Of a stretch of DNA of 64,000 nucleotides, positions 1 through 11,763 are shown one piece after another. Under the pieces are notes generated by a model. It ran no database searches. It saw only the letters and a program-made list of their open reading frames with translations, and was not told where the DNA came from. The DNA is from Octopus sinensis (Eukaryota). The number at the start of each line of letters is the position of its first letter. Position 1 is the stretch's first letter. Made by a program: the position numbers and the translations under genes. The DNA lies in the NCBI RefSeq assembly GCF_006345805.1, contig NC_043002.1:107384001-107448000 (forward strand). Reading direction: 5' to 3'.

Positions 1-59
1 ATGAGGGGGATGCTCATTTACAACCATTACATGTTGCAAAGCACCCCCCTCCATATACA

Positions 60-103
<44 letters not shown>

Positions 104-278
104 TATTTATCTGACAAGCTTCATAAAATTTCTGTCAGTGAAATCCAGTCACAAGGCTTTGACTATAGAAAAAAAGGCACATGCTTAAGGTGCTGTGCAT
201 TAGGACTGAACCCAAAACCACATAGTAGGAAAGCAAGCTTCTTAACCTCTCAGCCACACACACACATGTTTATGTCGC

Positions 279-663
279 AGGCATGGCTGGGTGGTAGGAG
301 TTTTGCTTCTCAATCCCATGATTCTGAGTTCAGTCTCACTGCGTGACAACTTGGTCAAGTGTCTTCTACTATAACCATGGGGCAACCAAAGCCTTGTAAG
401 GAGATTTGGTGGACAGAAACTGAAAGAAGCCTATCATATATATATGTGTGTGTGTGTGTTTGTTCCCCACCACAACTTGATAACCAGTGTTGGTGTGTTT
501 ATGTCCCCATGACATGGCGGTTAGGTAAAAGAGACTGATGAAATAAGTATCAGGCTTAAAAGGGAAAAAAAAAATGGAAGTACTGGTGCTGGTTCATCTG
601 ACTAAAGATACTTTGAAGTGGTGCTCCAGTATGGCCACAGTCTAATGACTAAAGCAAGTAAGA
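279..663 (+). mobile_element. SINE family A (tRNA-headed, ~400 bp, internal TA/TG microsatellite), decayed copy
   Basis: Matches the repeat seen ~20 times in the window: A-box-like TGGCTGTGTGG, B-box-like GGTTCAGTCCC, body ending ...ccagcatggccgcagtcaaatgactgaaacaagtaaaagag. Probably one of the described octopus tRNA-derived SINEs; assignment not verifiable here. Confidence 0.8.
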
Positions 664-745
664 GATTGGTTGTAACATTGCCTATTGCAAGAAACTCTGA
701 GTACGACTATGGTGAACTTTATATGTACTCTTCTCTTGTACATGC

Positions 746-979
746 CTATTTCTTTACTACCCACAAGGGGCTAAACACAGAGGGGACAAACAAGGACAGA
801 CACACGGATTAAGTCTATTATATCGACCCCAGTACGTAACTGGTACTTAATTTATCGACCCCGAAAGGATGAAAGGCAAAGTTGACCTCGGCGGAATTTG
901 AACTCAGAACGTAACGGCAAACGAAATACGGCTACGCATTTCGCCCGGCATGCTAACGATTCTGCCAGCTCGCCGCCTT
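746..979 (-). mobile_element. SINE family B (tRNA-headed, ~230 bp)
   Basis: Reverse complement of aaggcggcgagctggcagaa...gagttcaaattccgccgaggtcgactttgcc...gtgggcaataaagaaata, present in >15 copies in the window. Confidence 0.85.
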
Positions 980-1384
980 TTCTTGTACATACCAGCCTTT
1001 CTATGTGTGTGTGTGTGTGTGTGTCAATGAAAGCAGCTGAAGATTCAACAGGGCGTGTCTGGTTACTGGTTCTGTTTGTGGTTGTTCTGGGGAAGTCACT
1101 GAGAATGAGTTGAATGTCAGGCCAGACTGGCTTGGTCATTTCACTTCGGCTTGCTATTGGATTATTAAGCCAGTTAGTGTCCTGGTGAGTTGTACTACAA
1201 GAGGTCAGCGGTGTTAAGCGCATCCTTTGTAGTCTGTGCCTACAAGGTGGGAGATTCCACAAGGTTGCTTCACATGTTGGAGACATCAGCCAAATTTCCG
1301 TCAGATTAACATCCTTGTGACTTAAAATCGGGTGGAGAAGCTCCGAAAATGGGGCAGTCATGGTTGGAACAACTTTGATGTCAA

Positions 1385-1575
1385 CTATGCCGGGCAAAAT
1401 GTGTAGCCGTATTTCGTCTGCCATTACGTTCTGAGTTCAAATTCCGCCGGGGTCAACTTTGCCTTTCATCCTTTCGGGGTCGATAAATTAAGTACCAGTT
1501 ACGTACTGGGGTCGATATAATAGACTTAATCCGTGTGTCTGTCCTTGTTTGTCCCCTCTGTGTTTAACCCATTGT
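1385..1575 (+). mobile_element. SINE family B, head-truncated, inverted relative to 746-979
   Basis: Same family; shares unusual variants with the 746-979 copy. Confidence 0.85.
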
Positions 1576-2164
1576 GTTGTAAAACAATAACAACAGCAAC
1601 AACTAGGTAAACATATTGTGTGGTCACCATAGATTACTTCACCCCTGTCTGTTGTATGTGTTTAAGTATTGGGGGCAGTACATGTCCCATTTTTTGTGTC
1701 TAGATTGGGAACTGTGTAGACAGTGGGTTACCTGCTTGGTTGGCAATCATAGGATTTCTCTTGTTTGAATGATTTGAGAAACAACAAAATGGTTTCGTAT
1801 TTTGACGCAAGGCCAGTAATTTCAGGTAGGGGCTAAGTTGATTACATCGACCCGTGTGTCTGACTGGTACTTATTTTATCAACTCCAAAAGTACAAAAGG
1901 TAAAGACAGCATTAATAGAATGCTGCCATGACTGAAGGTTAGAGGCTGACCCCATCACCACCACCATCACCACCACCACCCCACCTTACTACCCACTGCA
2001 GTCTCGGCCTGCAGGTTCCTCCCTAATCAGGTCTTGATGTCTTCTTTCAGACTTTGACTTTATCTCCAGCAAACCCGTTTTCTGTCCTTCCAGCCCCTGC
2101 GTTTGTGGCCACAATGGTTCTGATCCCTGATAACGTAGCCAAAATGTTGCAGTTTTATTTAATG

Positions 2165-2330
2165 AAATTTATTGTGCTATCATCATTCATCATGGTCGAG
2201 ACAATGGAATTTACCATGCTACGCCAGACCTCACGGTCCATCATGGCATTGCGGAGGTCCTGTTGCTGGATGCCTGTATCCCTGGAGATTACATCAGGGT
2301 ATTGTGCTAACTCTCTTATCTCACTTACAA
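2165..2330 (-). mobile_element. RTE-clade LINE 3' end fragment
   Basis: Minus frame reads YPDVISRDTGIQQQDLRNAMMDREVWRSMVNSIVST followed by a GAT-repeat tail, typical of RTE C-termini. Confidence 0.6.
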
Positions 2331-2519
2331 TTTTGCTTATGAGAAGCACCAGTATTGAGTACTACACCAGAGACATTGCACCAAGAGATTGCTTTAACAA
2401 CAGAAGTAAACTTCCAGGATCACCATTAAGAGTCCTGTTTGTTTTCTTATCTTGTTTTCTGTACTAATAACATCTTTGGAAAAATGATTATCTTGAATCA
2501 TTTAGTTCATCTTTATCCA

Positions 2520-2700
2520 ACTCTCAGCCACCATAAACATCACATATCCGCATCAACGGTTTTTTGATGCTTCTTATACCCTGATTTAAGGAAGAAAAAA
2601 GTCCTTTTCTCAACTCGTTTCTCAGTCTGACTTTACACATCCAGCGGAATGTGTTTGTCTCTCTTCTTTCAAACTTCCACACAACCTCCGCATTACTTCC
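2520..2700 (-). mobile_element. RTE-clade RT C-terminal fragment (decayed)
   Basis: Minus frame NAEVVWKFERRETNTFRWMCKVRLRNE...GIRSI resembles the RTE motif ER.E..MLRWMC...LGIRSI. Confidence 0.5.
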
Positions 2701-2784
2701 TGTATTTCTTTTCTACTCTAAGCACAAGGCCTGAAACTTTGGGGGAGGCGGGGGTAGTCAATATGATCGCCCCCCCCCCCCAGT

Positions 2785-3005
2785 ATACAACTGGTACTTA
2801 ATTTATCAACCCTGAAAAGATGAAAGGCAAAGTCGACCTTGGTGGAATTTGAACTCAGAACGTAAAGACAGACAAAATACTGCTAAGCATTTCATCTGAT
2901 GTTTTTTATTCATTTATTTTTTTTATTTATCTAGTTTCAGCTCACAAGCTGTGGCCATGCTGGGGCACTGCCATGTACTAACATTTCTGCTAGCTCGTTG
3001 CCTTT
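2785..3005 (-). mobile_element. SINE family B interrupted by a ~70-bp LINE-tail mini-insertion (~2902-2972)
   Basis: SINE B sequence is split by the reverse complement of ggcagtgccccagcatggccacagcttgtgagctgaaactaga(taaa)n, flanked by an atgt direct repeat. Confidence 0.75.
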
Positions 3006-4904
3006 AACTTCCTATATTTCACTGCCATGCAACATTACACTTTGTACACAAATCAATTACCAACATACCTTTGTTATACATAAACATGTATAATGCATAA
3101 ATAATGTGTAATATATTTAATTAATCTGTACACAAAAGTGATGTACGATATATTTAATAAACATAATCCGTTTAATCCTCTTGTGAAAAGAGAATCCATG
3201 GATAAGACCAAGAAACTCGAGCAGCTTCAAATGAACATGGACAACTTGTTTCGTTTCATATTAAAGATTTATCAGAAATCGGTTGCCTCACTTTGTATTG
3301 GCTGACGTTTGGTATCCAACAACTTTTTTATGACTAACGTAGATGAATTTTTTACAGGCGTAAAGAAATTTCCACGGTTGACAACTGGGAATAAATAATT
3401 AAAGTTTACTGACACTGCATGGTTCTGAATAAATTTGTATACAAAAGTCACATGAGATATGTTTATTGAACATATGTATAGGACTTCTATATGCAATATT
3501 TATATGCATGTATATACATAAGTATGTACACATGCAGACACATGCACTTCCATGGACATATGAGTGTGCATGTATATATAGGTAGTTGTGAAAATAGACA
3601 TACAAGTCTCTTTCTCTATGTAGTGTATGCATGTATGTATTTATGTATGTATGTATACAGTATATAGTATGAGCATCTGTTTTTGTTGTATTTTTCCATG
3701 CTGGCATGAGTCATTTTTCTGTTGTGTCTGCCAACAGCATCAACATTTGTTGAGTGGTGTTTCCTTCTTATTAGGGTGTTGAGGCATCCAAAACTCAACC
3801 TTCATTTCGACCAGGTGATCAGTAAAGTTTATCATGACTCTAACAACAACAGCAGATGCAAGTGGAGTGTGTCCATGTGTCCACAAATCTCCTTTTTAGT
3901 TTTATCCTTAATCTGTGGGATGTGCTGAGCCCTCATAAGCAGTCTGGTGTATGTACCATTAGAGCAATCTTGAAGTTCCTTCACAGTCCATATTCTGACT
4001 CCTTAGACAAGATGTTCTCTCCATATTCCCTGAACAAGGCCAATCGCATTGACATTAAAATAGTTGATTGTCATAAATTTGACATGAGAAATTCACAATG
4101 TCTTATTTAGAAGCATGGTGTATCTAGGTCTACCTTATCCAATGTGTCCTTCCTTTCTTAAGACAGTAAAGTGTGATATGAGAGATGTTTGACTGTTATT
4201 TGCATCAAACAAATAACATAGAGGCTTTGTTGTTGTTGTTGTTTACCACCCGGTCTTTTCCCAAGGTTCAAGCCGACACTCTTTTTTTGTAACAGTAGTA
4301 TTTGATTAGAGAGATATTAGGCTGCTATTTCTAGTAGGCTGGATTTGTCACTCCCAGAAGGATCAAAAACAAAGTAAACCTCAGAGTGAGATTGAACTTA
4401 AGTGTAAAAGGCTACAACATAGTCTGTTTAATGCTCTACATATTCTGCTCTCATATTTGGCCAATTTTAGAGCAGTGGCATGTGTCATTTATGAAAGATT
4501 TGGTTGCTCTTTTTAGCAGTTTAAACAAACCTGTAGAGACTTCCTCACCAGATTGGTGAAGATTAGGCTTATCCCTGAATCCAAGTGATGGAATCTCTAC
4601 ACTGCTTGAGTACAGCAGTCAAATCTCTCTTAAATCACTCCTTACTATCACACAAAAAGGTAGGGTACATTGAATAATGTAGTCCTAGACACACAATTCC
4701 TGCCATAAAAGATGAGATAGCCACCACATGACCATCCCAATCGAGTTTGAATTGAGGCTAAATAACTACAAATGCACAAGATTTTAGGTCTTTGCTAAGT
4801 TCTGATTAGGTAAGAAGTTAGAAATATCAACTGGAACAGTAATGTGGTGGCATTAAACCATTTCCTGGTCTCTTTCTTAATGAAAGACATATTTTAAAAT
4901 TAAT

Positions 4905-5275
4905 TTTGAAAATAATTGATGTGATAGGAAGCTTACTTCCCAACCACATGGTTCTGGGTTCAGTCCTACTGTGTGGCACCTTGGGTAAGTGTCTTCTTTA
5001 GGCTTGGGCCAACCAAAGCTTTGTGAGTGAATTTGGTAGATAGAAATTGAAAGAAGCAGATTGTGTATGTGTGTGTGACTTTGTGTTTGTCTAACCATCA
5101 CTTGACAACCAGTGTTGGTGTGTTTATGTCCCTATGACAGCAAAAGAGACTGATAGAATAAGTACTAGGCTTAAAAAATAAGTCCTGAGATCGATTTGTT
5201 TAACTAAAACCCCTCGAGGCAGTGCTCCAGCATGGCTGCAGTCAAATGGCTGAAACAAGTAGAAGAATAAAAGAA
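4905..5275 (+). mobile_element. SINE family A, decayed
   Basis: Family A body and tail. Confidence 0.75.
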
Positions 5276-5913
5276 TATATTGGTTGTTGTTGTTGTTGTT
5301 GTTGTTTCCCATTAGCTGTCATCCAACAGCTCAATGACTGTTCCAGACATGACTGTTCCATCATTCATTTTTTTTTTACACCATTCAGTGTATCCAGAAA
5401 TACAATTTCCAGTATAACCTTTTGAGGGAGATTTAGCTACTATTTATAGCACGTTGAGTGGCCATATAGAGGGTCTTCTTTCATTGGCTTGTGAAGTTGG
5501 TGTTTGAAGCATAAATTAACATTATTGTTCTGACATGAAATTACAAAGGATTGCTTGAGTTTAAACATGAGCAATTTAAAATGACCGGTTTTATATTGTA
5601 ATGGCAGTTTCGGGAGATCTGTGAATGATATCCTTTGATCAATATTGAACCAGTAGTAAAATTTTGGCTGGCAATCTTTGACATTCTCTGAAAGGATACA
5701 GCAAGCAGTGGGTGGTGTCATTTCCATTCATTGTCCTCCTCTTTGTACATCCAAATGTCATATCTAATGGAGGTAGTCTTGCAGACTCTTCGTACCTACT
5801 GTTTCTATGTAGGATTGTTGTTGGGCTGATAATTGCTTCTGCTCAGCAGTGACCATTCCATCATATTTTTATGTTGTATGTTGGTGTATTTAGGGTTATG
5901 TTATATGTTATCC

Positions 5914-6299
5914 GTGGAGGCGCAATGGCCCAGTGGTTAGGGCAGCAGACTCGCGGTCATAGGATCACGGTTTCGATTCCCAGACCGGGCGTTGTGAGTG
6001 TTTATTGAGCGAAAACACCTAAAAGCTCCACGAGGCTCTGGCAGGGGATGGTGGTGATCCCTGCTGTACTCTTTCACCACAACTTTCTCTCACTCTTACT
6101 TCCTGTTTCTGTTGTACCTGCATTTCAAAGGGCCGGCCTTGTCACTCTCTGTGTCACGCTGAATATCCCCGAGAACTACGTTAAGGGTACACGTGTCTGT
6201 GGAGTGCTCAGCCACTTACACGTTAATTTCACGAGCAGGCTGTTCCGTTGATTCGGATCAACCGGAACCCTCATCGTCGTAACCGACGGAGTGCTTCCA
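5914..6299 (+). mobile_element. SINE family C (tRNA-headed, ~385 bp), young copy
   Basis: gtggaggcgcaatggcccagtggttagggcagc...ggtttcgattccc head; near-identical copies at 48669-49053, 53986-54354 and 59097-59451. Confidence 0.9.
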
Positions 6300-6692
6300 A
6301 AAATGTTATATGTTATCCAGTGTGTCTTCACTGTATTTAAAACAGATTCATTTAAAGGAGATTTGGCTGCTGTTTCTAGCAGATCGATCAACCGTGTAAA
6401 GTTAGTGTCCTTGACATGAGTTGTTTGTTTAATGTTGTTGTTATTGGTTTGCTTCATGTCTACCCTGATTAAGCACTGTTACATAATATATTCCAGCTGT
6501 GACCATTGAGTTTTTCTGTGTGTGTGTGCATCAGACAGTATGATCCTTGGCAGCAATTCAGGGGCTGCTGTTTCTAGCAAATTAGACTTCCTTGTTGTGC
6601 CAGGGGATTTCCAAATGGGTTGTGATGGTGTTCTTTTGGAAATGTTGTCCCCATTTTTGACATATGTGAGTGTTTGTACTTGTTTGAAATAT

Positions 6693-6820
6693 AATGTGTG
6701 TGCGTGTGTGTGTGTGTATGTGTGCGTGTGTGCGTGTGTGTGTGTGTATGTGTGCGTGTGTGTATGTGTGCGTGTGTGTATGTGTGCGTGTGTGTATGTG
6801 TGCGTGTGTGTGTGTGTATT
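6693..6820. repeat. Compound (TG/CG/TA) microsatellite
   Basis: Direct inspection. Confidence 0.95.
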
Positions 6821-7584
6821 TACATATATATATTTGGGTGTGTGATTCAATTACATGTGCTTTCATTGCACCTTGTGTGTGGGCATGCTAGATTTATTGC
6901 AGTGTTGCTGTGTGTTGTAGGTGTGTCTCTGTGTGTTCTACTTTTTTTATGGAGTGTCACTATAGCGTGCGCGTGTGTGTGTGTTGCTCCAGGTCATCTC
7001 AGATCAAGCAGACGTGTGTGTGTGTGTGTGTGTATATGATAGCAGATGTGTGTTGTTATGTGTCTGCTGCATGTGTTTTTGTGCTCCGTGTATGCCGCCG
7101 GCAGCCGTTTGCTAGTAATAGTTGTTGGTAATGTCACTGCTGTGTTTGTGTTTTAGTTTGGTGGGGTGGGTGGGTGGGTGGGGCGGGAGTGGGGGGTGAG
7201 GGGGGGGGAAGAGACAGGGATAGCAAATCCTGTCTGTATATCTGTGGTTTTATCATGTGATTTTATGGTGTGTGTGTGTGTGTGTGTGTATCCCTGGTAG
7301 AGTGTTGAGTGTGTTTAGATATATAGTTGGCAGGTCTATTGTTCTGCAACAGCTATACATGTATATGTATACACACATGCATACTGAATGCAGATATAAC
7401 GTTGCACAAAAATACACACACATTCACTCACAACACTTACGCATAGATACATATACAACATGTATATACACACAATTTTGCTGTACTATACATTATTCTA
7501 ACACATTGCTAATGAAGTGTGCATAATTTGTGCATGTGCAATAATGAGGTGGGGCATTGCTTCATTCCAACATACTGACTACTG

Positions 7585-7602
7585 TGTGTGCGTGTATGTA
7601 TG

Positions 7603-7637
<35 letters not shown>

Positions 7638-7963
7638 ATGTATATATGTGTGTGTGTGTGTATGTATATGTGTGTGTGTGTATGTATATATATATATGTG
7701 TGTGTGTGTATGTATATATGTGTGTGTGTGTATGTATATATGTGTGTGTGTGTGTGTATGTATATATGTGTGTGTGTGTATGTATATATGTGTGTGTGTA
7801 TGTATGTGTGTGTGTGCGTATGTATATATGTGTGTGTGTGAATGTATATATGTGTGTGTGTGTGTGGTATGTATATATGTGTGTGTGTGTATGTATATAT
7901 ATGTGTGTGTGTGTGTATGTATATATATATGTGTGTGTGTGTGTGTATGTATATATATATATG

Positions 7964-8009
<46 letters not shown>

Positions 8010-8030
8010 CACATATACAATGTTGTATAT
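7585..8030. repeat. Compound (TG)n/(TA)n microsatellite with a ~20-24 bp super-period
   Basis: Repeated gtatgtatatatgtgtgtgtgt units ending in a long (TA)n. Confidence 0.95.
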
Positions 8031-8269
8031 CACTTAATACCAGTTCAGTGACCATTATATACGTGTGTGTATATGTATATATGTCTATATATGTATGTGT
8101 CTATATTCATACATATATATGCACATCTGTGTGTGTATTTATATACATGTGTATATATAGATATGTACACATGCATATATGCACACATGTGAATATATAC
8201 ACTCACTCACACACACACACACACCACACACACACACACTGATACAATTTAGCAAAAACAAAGTTTCAG

Positions 8270-9190
8270 CTGGTAATGGGAAAGGAAACGGGCCCCTACA
8301 GCTATCCAGGCAGTGTCCTTGTTCAATATGCTGGAAACAAATTGATAACACTTCCATGCAACATATCCAATATGAACTTTGGATTTATCATGGATGTAGT
8401 GGAATCAGAGACAGGCTGACTGAGAAGGGAGACTTCATATATGTTAGATACAGAGGAGAAATTAGTAGTAAGATGGCTCCCATTAAATCTCTCTCTATAT
8501 ATAAAGCTGAAGTTGTCTGTGTATGGCAGGTTTGGTAGCCTTCAACTAACACTATCTCCTCCAAGACCCTGCGACACAAGTTGACCAAAATTGAGAGTAT
8601 GATAGAAGAAGGCTTGCTCTTCCTTCCGTAGAAGAAAAAATTCAAATCGGACCATGTTAACACCAAAAATTATTTACATCAATAAGGTGCTTTTTTTCTA
8701 TGAAAATCCCTATTTTTTACGATTTTTTGACTGCTGTGTCGCCATTTTTCGGTGTATTTCAACCAGAAAAATGTTCATTTAAAGAGAATAACAAGCTACA
8801 TAATGCAAAATTTTTTACTTTTCAAAAATTCCAATTCTAAAGGGTCAAAACAAACCCGAGCAACGCCAGGCGATACTGCTAGTATATTTCTATAAATGCT
8901 CCAAAGGCTACATAAAAGTTAATAATTTCTGTTGCTTAGCTGACCTGAAGTACCCTAGAAGTGTGTGATGTGAAAGCATAGCAGCTAGATTCAGGACAGT
9001 GTGGAGAAAGTTCAGGGAGCTGTTACCCCTGTTGGCAATGAAGGAATTCTCTCTCACACTCTCTTCATGCAAAGGGTCGGCTGTATGATGTTTGTGTATG
9101 GAGTGTGATGCAGCTTTGTAGTGAAACATAACTACTGTATATGGAGGATGTGCAAAGACTGGAAAGAAGTGAAACGAGGAAGTTATAGGC
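8270..9190 (+). mobile_element. RTE-clade LINE RT fragment (decayed), interrupted by a Helitron end
   Basis: PCSICWKQ...LWIYHGCSGIRDRLTEKGDF (PHD-like insert of RTE RTs), then ESIAARFRTVWRKFRELLPLL...KGRLYDVCV...SET*...EDVQRLERSE. Confidence 0.8.
8657..8882 (+). mobile_element. Helitron-like 3' terminal fragment
   Basis: Ends aaacccgagcaacgccaggcgatactgCTAG|T (hairpin plus CTAG), the same terminus as 23300-23697. 5' boundary uncertain. Confidence 0.65.
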
Positions 9191-9397
9191 TGCTAGAAAT
9201 ATCAACTGCTGCAGCAATGTCGTCGTGACATTGTAACATTTCCTCACCATATATTTCCAGAGAAACACTATGGCTACGCTTTTGTTAATGAGTATTTCAT
9301 TGATGGAGAAAATGCTTAATAAATACCAAAAGAATTCTCAGGTCTTCAGTTTTATGATTGTGGAACTCATCACACACACACACATATATTCTTTTAC

Positions 9398-9797
9398 TCT
9401 TTTACTTGTTTCAGTCATTTGACTGCGGCCATGCTGGAGCACTGCCTTTAGTCGAGCAAATCGACCCCGGGACTTATTCTTTGTAAGCCCAGTACTTATT
9501 CTATCAGTCTCTTTTGCCGAACCGCTAAGTAACGGGTTTGTAAACACACCAGTATCGGTTGTCAAGCAATGCTAGGGGGGCAAACACAGACACACAAACA
9601 CACACACACATACATATGCATATATATATACATATATGACAGGCTTCTTTCAGTTTCCGTCTACCAAATCCACTCACAAGGCATTGGTCAGCCTGGGGCT
9701 ATAGCAGAAGACACTTGCCCAAGATGCCACGCAGTGGGACTGAACCCGGAACCAAGTGGTTGGTTAGCAAGCTACTTACCACACAGCCACTCCTGCA
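9398..9797 (-). mobile_element. SINE family A, full length
   Basis: Reverse complement of the family A consensus. Confidence 0.9.
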
Positions 9798-9816
9798 CAT
9801 ATATACATATATATAT

Positions 9817-9985
9817 AACGGGAAAGTTTACGAAAATAAACAAAAGACGAAGGCAGGTGGAGTACAAACAAACAAATGTATTAGTATAGCGCTCAGGAAT
9901 AGAAATAGAAAAAGTCTTTTACGTTTCGAGCCTATGCTCTTCGACAGAAAGATACGCAGAAAAAAACAAGGAGAGAAAAAAATCC
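9817..9985 (-). mobile_element. Hammerhead-bearing short repeat (retrozyme/Penelope-like family H1)
   Basis: Homologous to 39625-39830, 54720-54932 and 54980-55192; sits beside (TA)n. Confidence 0.75.
9915..9952 (-). ncRNA. Minimal type-I hammerhead-like fold, variant core
   Basis: tcttt CTGTCGA A GAGC atag GCTC GAAA C GTA aaaga: stems I and II pair, and stem III is the palindromic ACGT. Confidence 0.6.
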
Positions 9986-10034
9986 TTTTCCACTCTAGGC
10001 ACAAGACACTTTATTTGGGGGAAGTGGCCAGTTG

Positions 10035-10442
10035 ATTAGATCGACCCCTTTACGCAACTGGTACTTAATTTATCGACCCCGAAAGGATGAAAGGCAAAGT
10101 CGACCTCGGTGGAATTTGAACTCAAAACGTAAAGACAGACAAAATACCACTAAGTATTTCGCCTGGTGTGCTAACGCTTCTGCCAGCTCACTCCCTTTGA
10201 AGTGATAAATATTTATTTCTTTATTGCCCACATGGGGCTAAACATAGAGGTGACAGGCAAGGACAAAAGGATTAAGTCAATTACACTGACCCCAGTGCAT
10301 AACTGGTACTTAATTTATCGACCCTGAAAGGATGAAAAGCAAAGCCAACCTTGGCGGAATTTGAACTCAGAACATAAAGACAGACAAAATACCACTAAGC
10401 ATTTCGCCCGGCATGCTAACAGTTCTGCCAGCTTGCCACCTT
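10035..10442 (-). mobile_element. Two adjacent SINE family B copies
   Basis: Copies at ~10035-10195 and ~10210-10442. Confidence 0.8.
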
Positions 10443-10464
10443 AATATATATATATATATATATA

Positions 10465-10856
10465 CTAGCAGTATCGCCCGGCGTTGCTCGGGTTTGTAAG
10501 GGAAATAACTATAAAGCATTTTTAGAGAGTTATAGCCAAAAAATAGCAAAAAAATGGAAAAAAGATTATGGTAAATTTTTTTTGAGAGTTAAAACGGTCG
10601 AGTTGCGTCCCCTAGACAGTCTGTGGTTTGTGTTTCTGATTCTCGACCCCATGTCGAATTTATCGATTTTTTTAGAATTGGGGCAACTTTTCAAAATTTT
10701 CTCTGCGTTAGTTTTGAATTATGACTTTGGGCTATGTGTGTGTCAAATTTCATCAGAATCGGTTGAAAGCCGTGGTCAGGGTGAGGGTACAACCTAACAG
10801 ACACACAGAAACACACACAGACAAACTGCCGTTTATATATATATATATATATATAT
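10465..10856 (-). mobile_element. Non-autonomous Helitron (second body type)
   Basis: Shares the ~95-bp 3' end (hairpin, CTAG|T) with 23300-23697, but its 5' body differs (tataaacggcagtttgtctgtgtg...gatgaaatttgacac on the minus strand). Confidence 0.7.
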
Positions 10857-11134
10857 CATCAGCGTTTAACGTCCACTTTCCATGCTGGCATGGGTTGGAC
10901 AGTTTGACTCAGGACTGGCAAGCCAGGAGGCTGCACCAGACTCCAGTCTGATCTGGCAAGGTTTCTACAGCTGGATGCCCTTCCTAATGCCAACCACTCC
11001 GAGAGTGTAGTGGGTGCCAGTCAAGCAGCTCTGGATCAACCATGCTCGAACGGTGCTTTTTGATGTGCCGGTCAGGCTGCACTGGCATTGCCCACGGCTA
11101 TGATATCACTTGGCTTATATATATTCTTTTTTTT

Positions 11135-11763
11135 TATTCTTTTTGTTTGTTTCAGTCATTTGACTGTGGCCATGCTGGAGCACCGCCTTTAATCAAGCAA
11201 ATCGACCCCAGGATTTATTCTTTGTAAGCTTAGTACTTGTTCTGTTGATCTCTTTTTGCTGAACTGCTAACTTACGGGGACATAAACACACCAGCATTGG
11301 TTGTCAAGTGATGTTGCGGGGACAAACACAGATGTACAAACATACACACACACACATATAAACAACAGGCTTCTTTCAGTTTCTTATTTCTTTATTGCCC
11401 ACAAGGGGCTAAACATAGAGGGGACAAACAAGGACAGACAAACGGGTTAAGTCGATTACATCAACCCCAGTGTGTAACTGGTACTTATTTAATCGACCCC
11501 GAAAGGATGAAAGGCAAAATAAACCTCGGCAGAATTTGAACTCAGAACGTAATGGCAGATGAAATACCGCTAAGCATTTCGCCCGGCGTGGTAACGTTTC
11601 TGCCTGCTCGCCGCTTCTTTCAGTTTCTGTCTACCAAATCCACTCACAAGGCTTTGGTTGGTCCGTAATTTTAGTGGAAGACACTTGCCCAAGGTTCCAC
11701 GCAGTGGGACTGAACCAGGAACCGTGTGGTTGGTAAGCAAGCTACTTAGCACACAGCCACTCC
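11135..11763 (-). mobile_element. SINE family A with a nested SINE family B (11385-11613)
   Basis: 15-bp direct repeat cttctttcagtttct at 11370-11384 and 11614-11628 flanks the nested SINE B. Confidence 0.85.

Noticed and set aside
852-1424. 190-aa minus-strand ORF
   Set aside because: Both ends are SINE B and part is repeat family F. The unique middle could be an exon, but I have no supporting homology.
5914-5985. tRNA-like heads of SINE families A, B, C and G as tRNA genes
   Set aside because: They do not close an acceptor stem and run straight into SINE bodies.
7509-8242. Long ORFs of VC/HT/IY repeats (also at 6.5-7.0, 33.4-33.9, 42.0-42.9 and 57.8-58.4 kb)
   Set aside because: They are translations of dinucleotide and tetranucleotide microsatellites, open only because the repeats lack stops.
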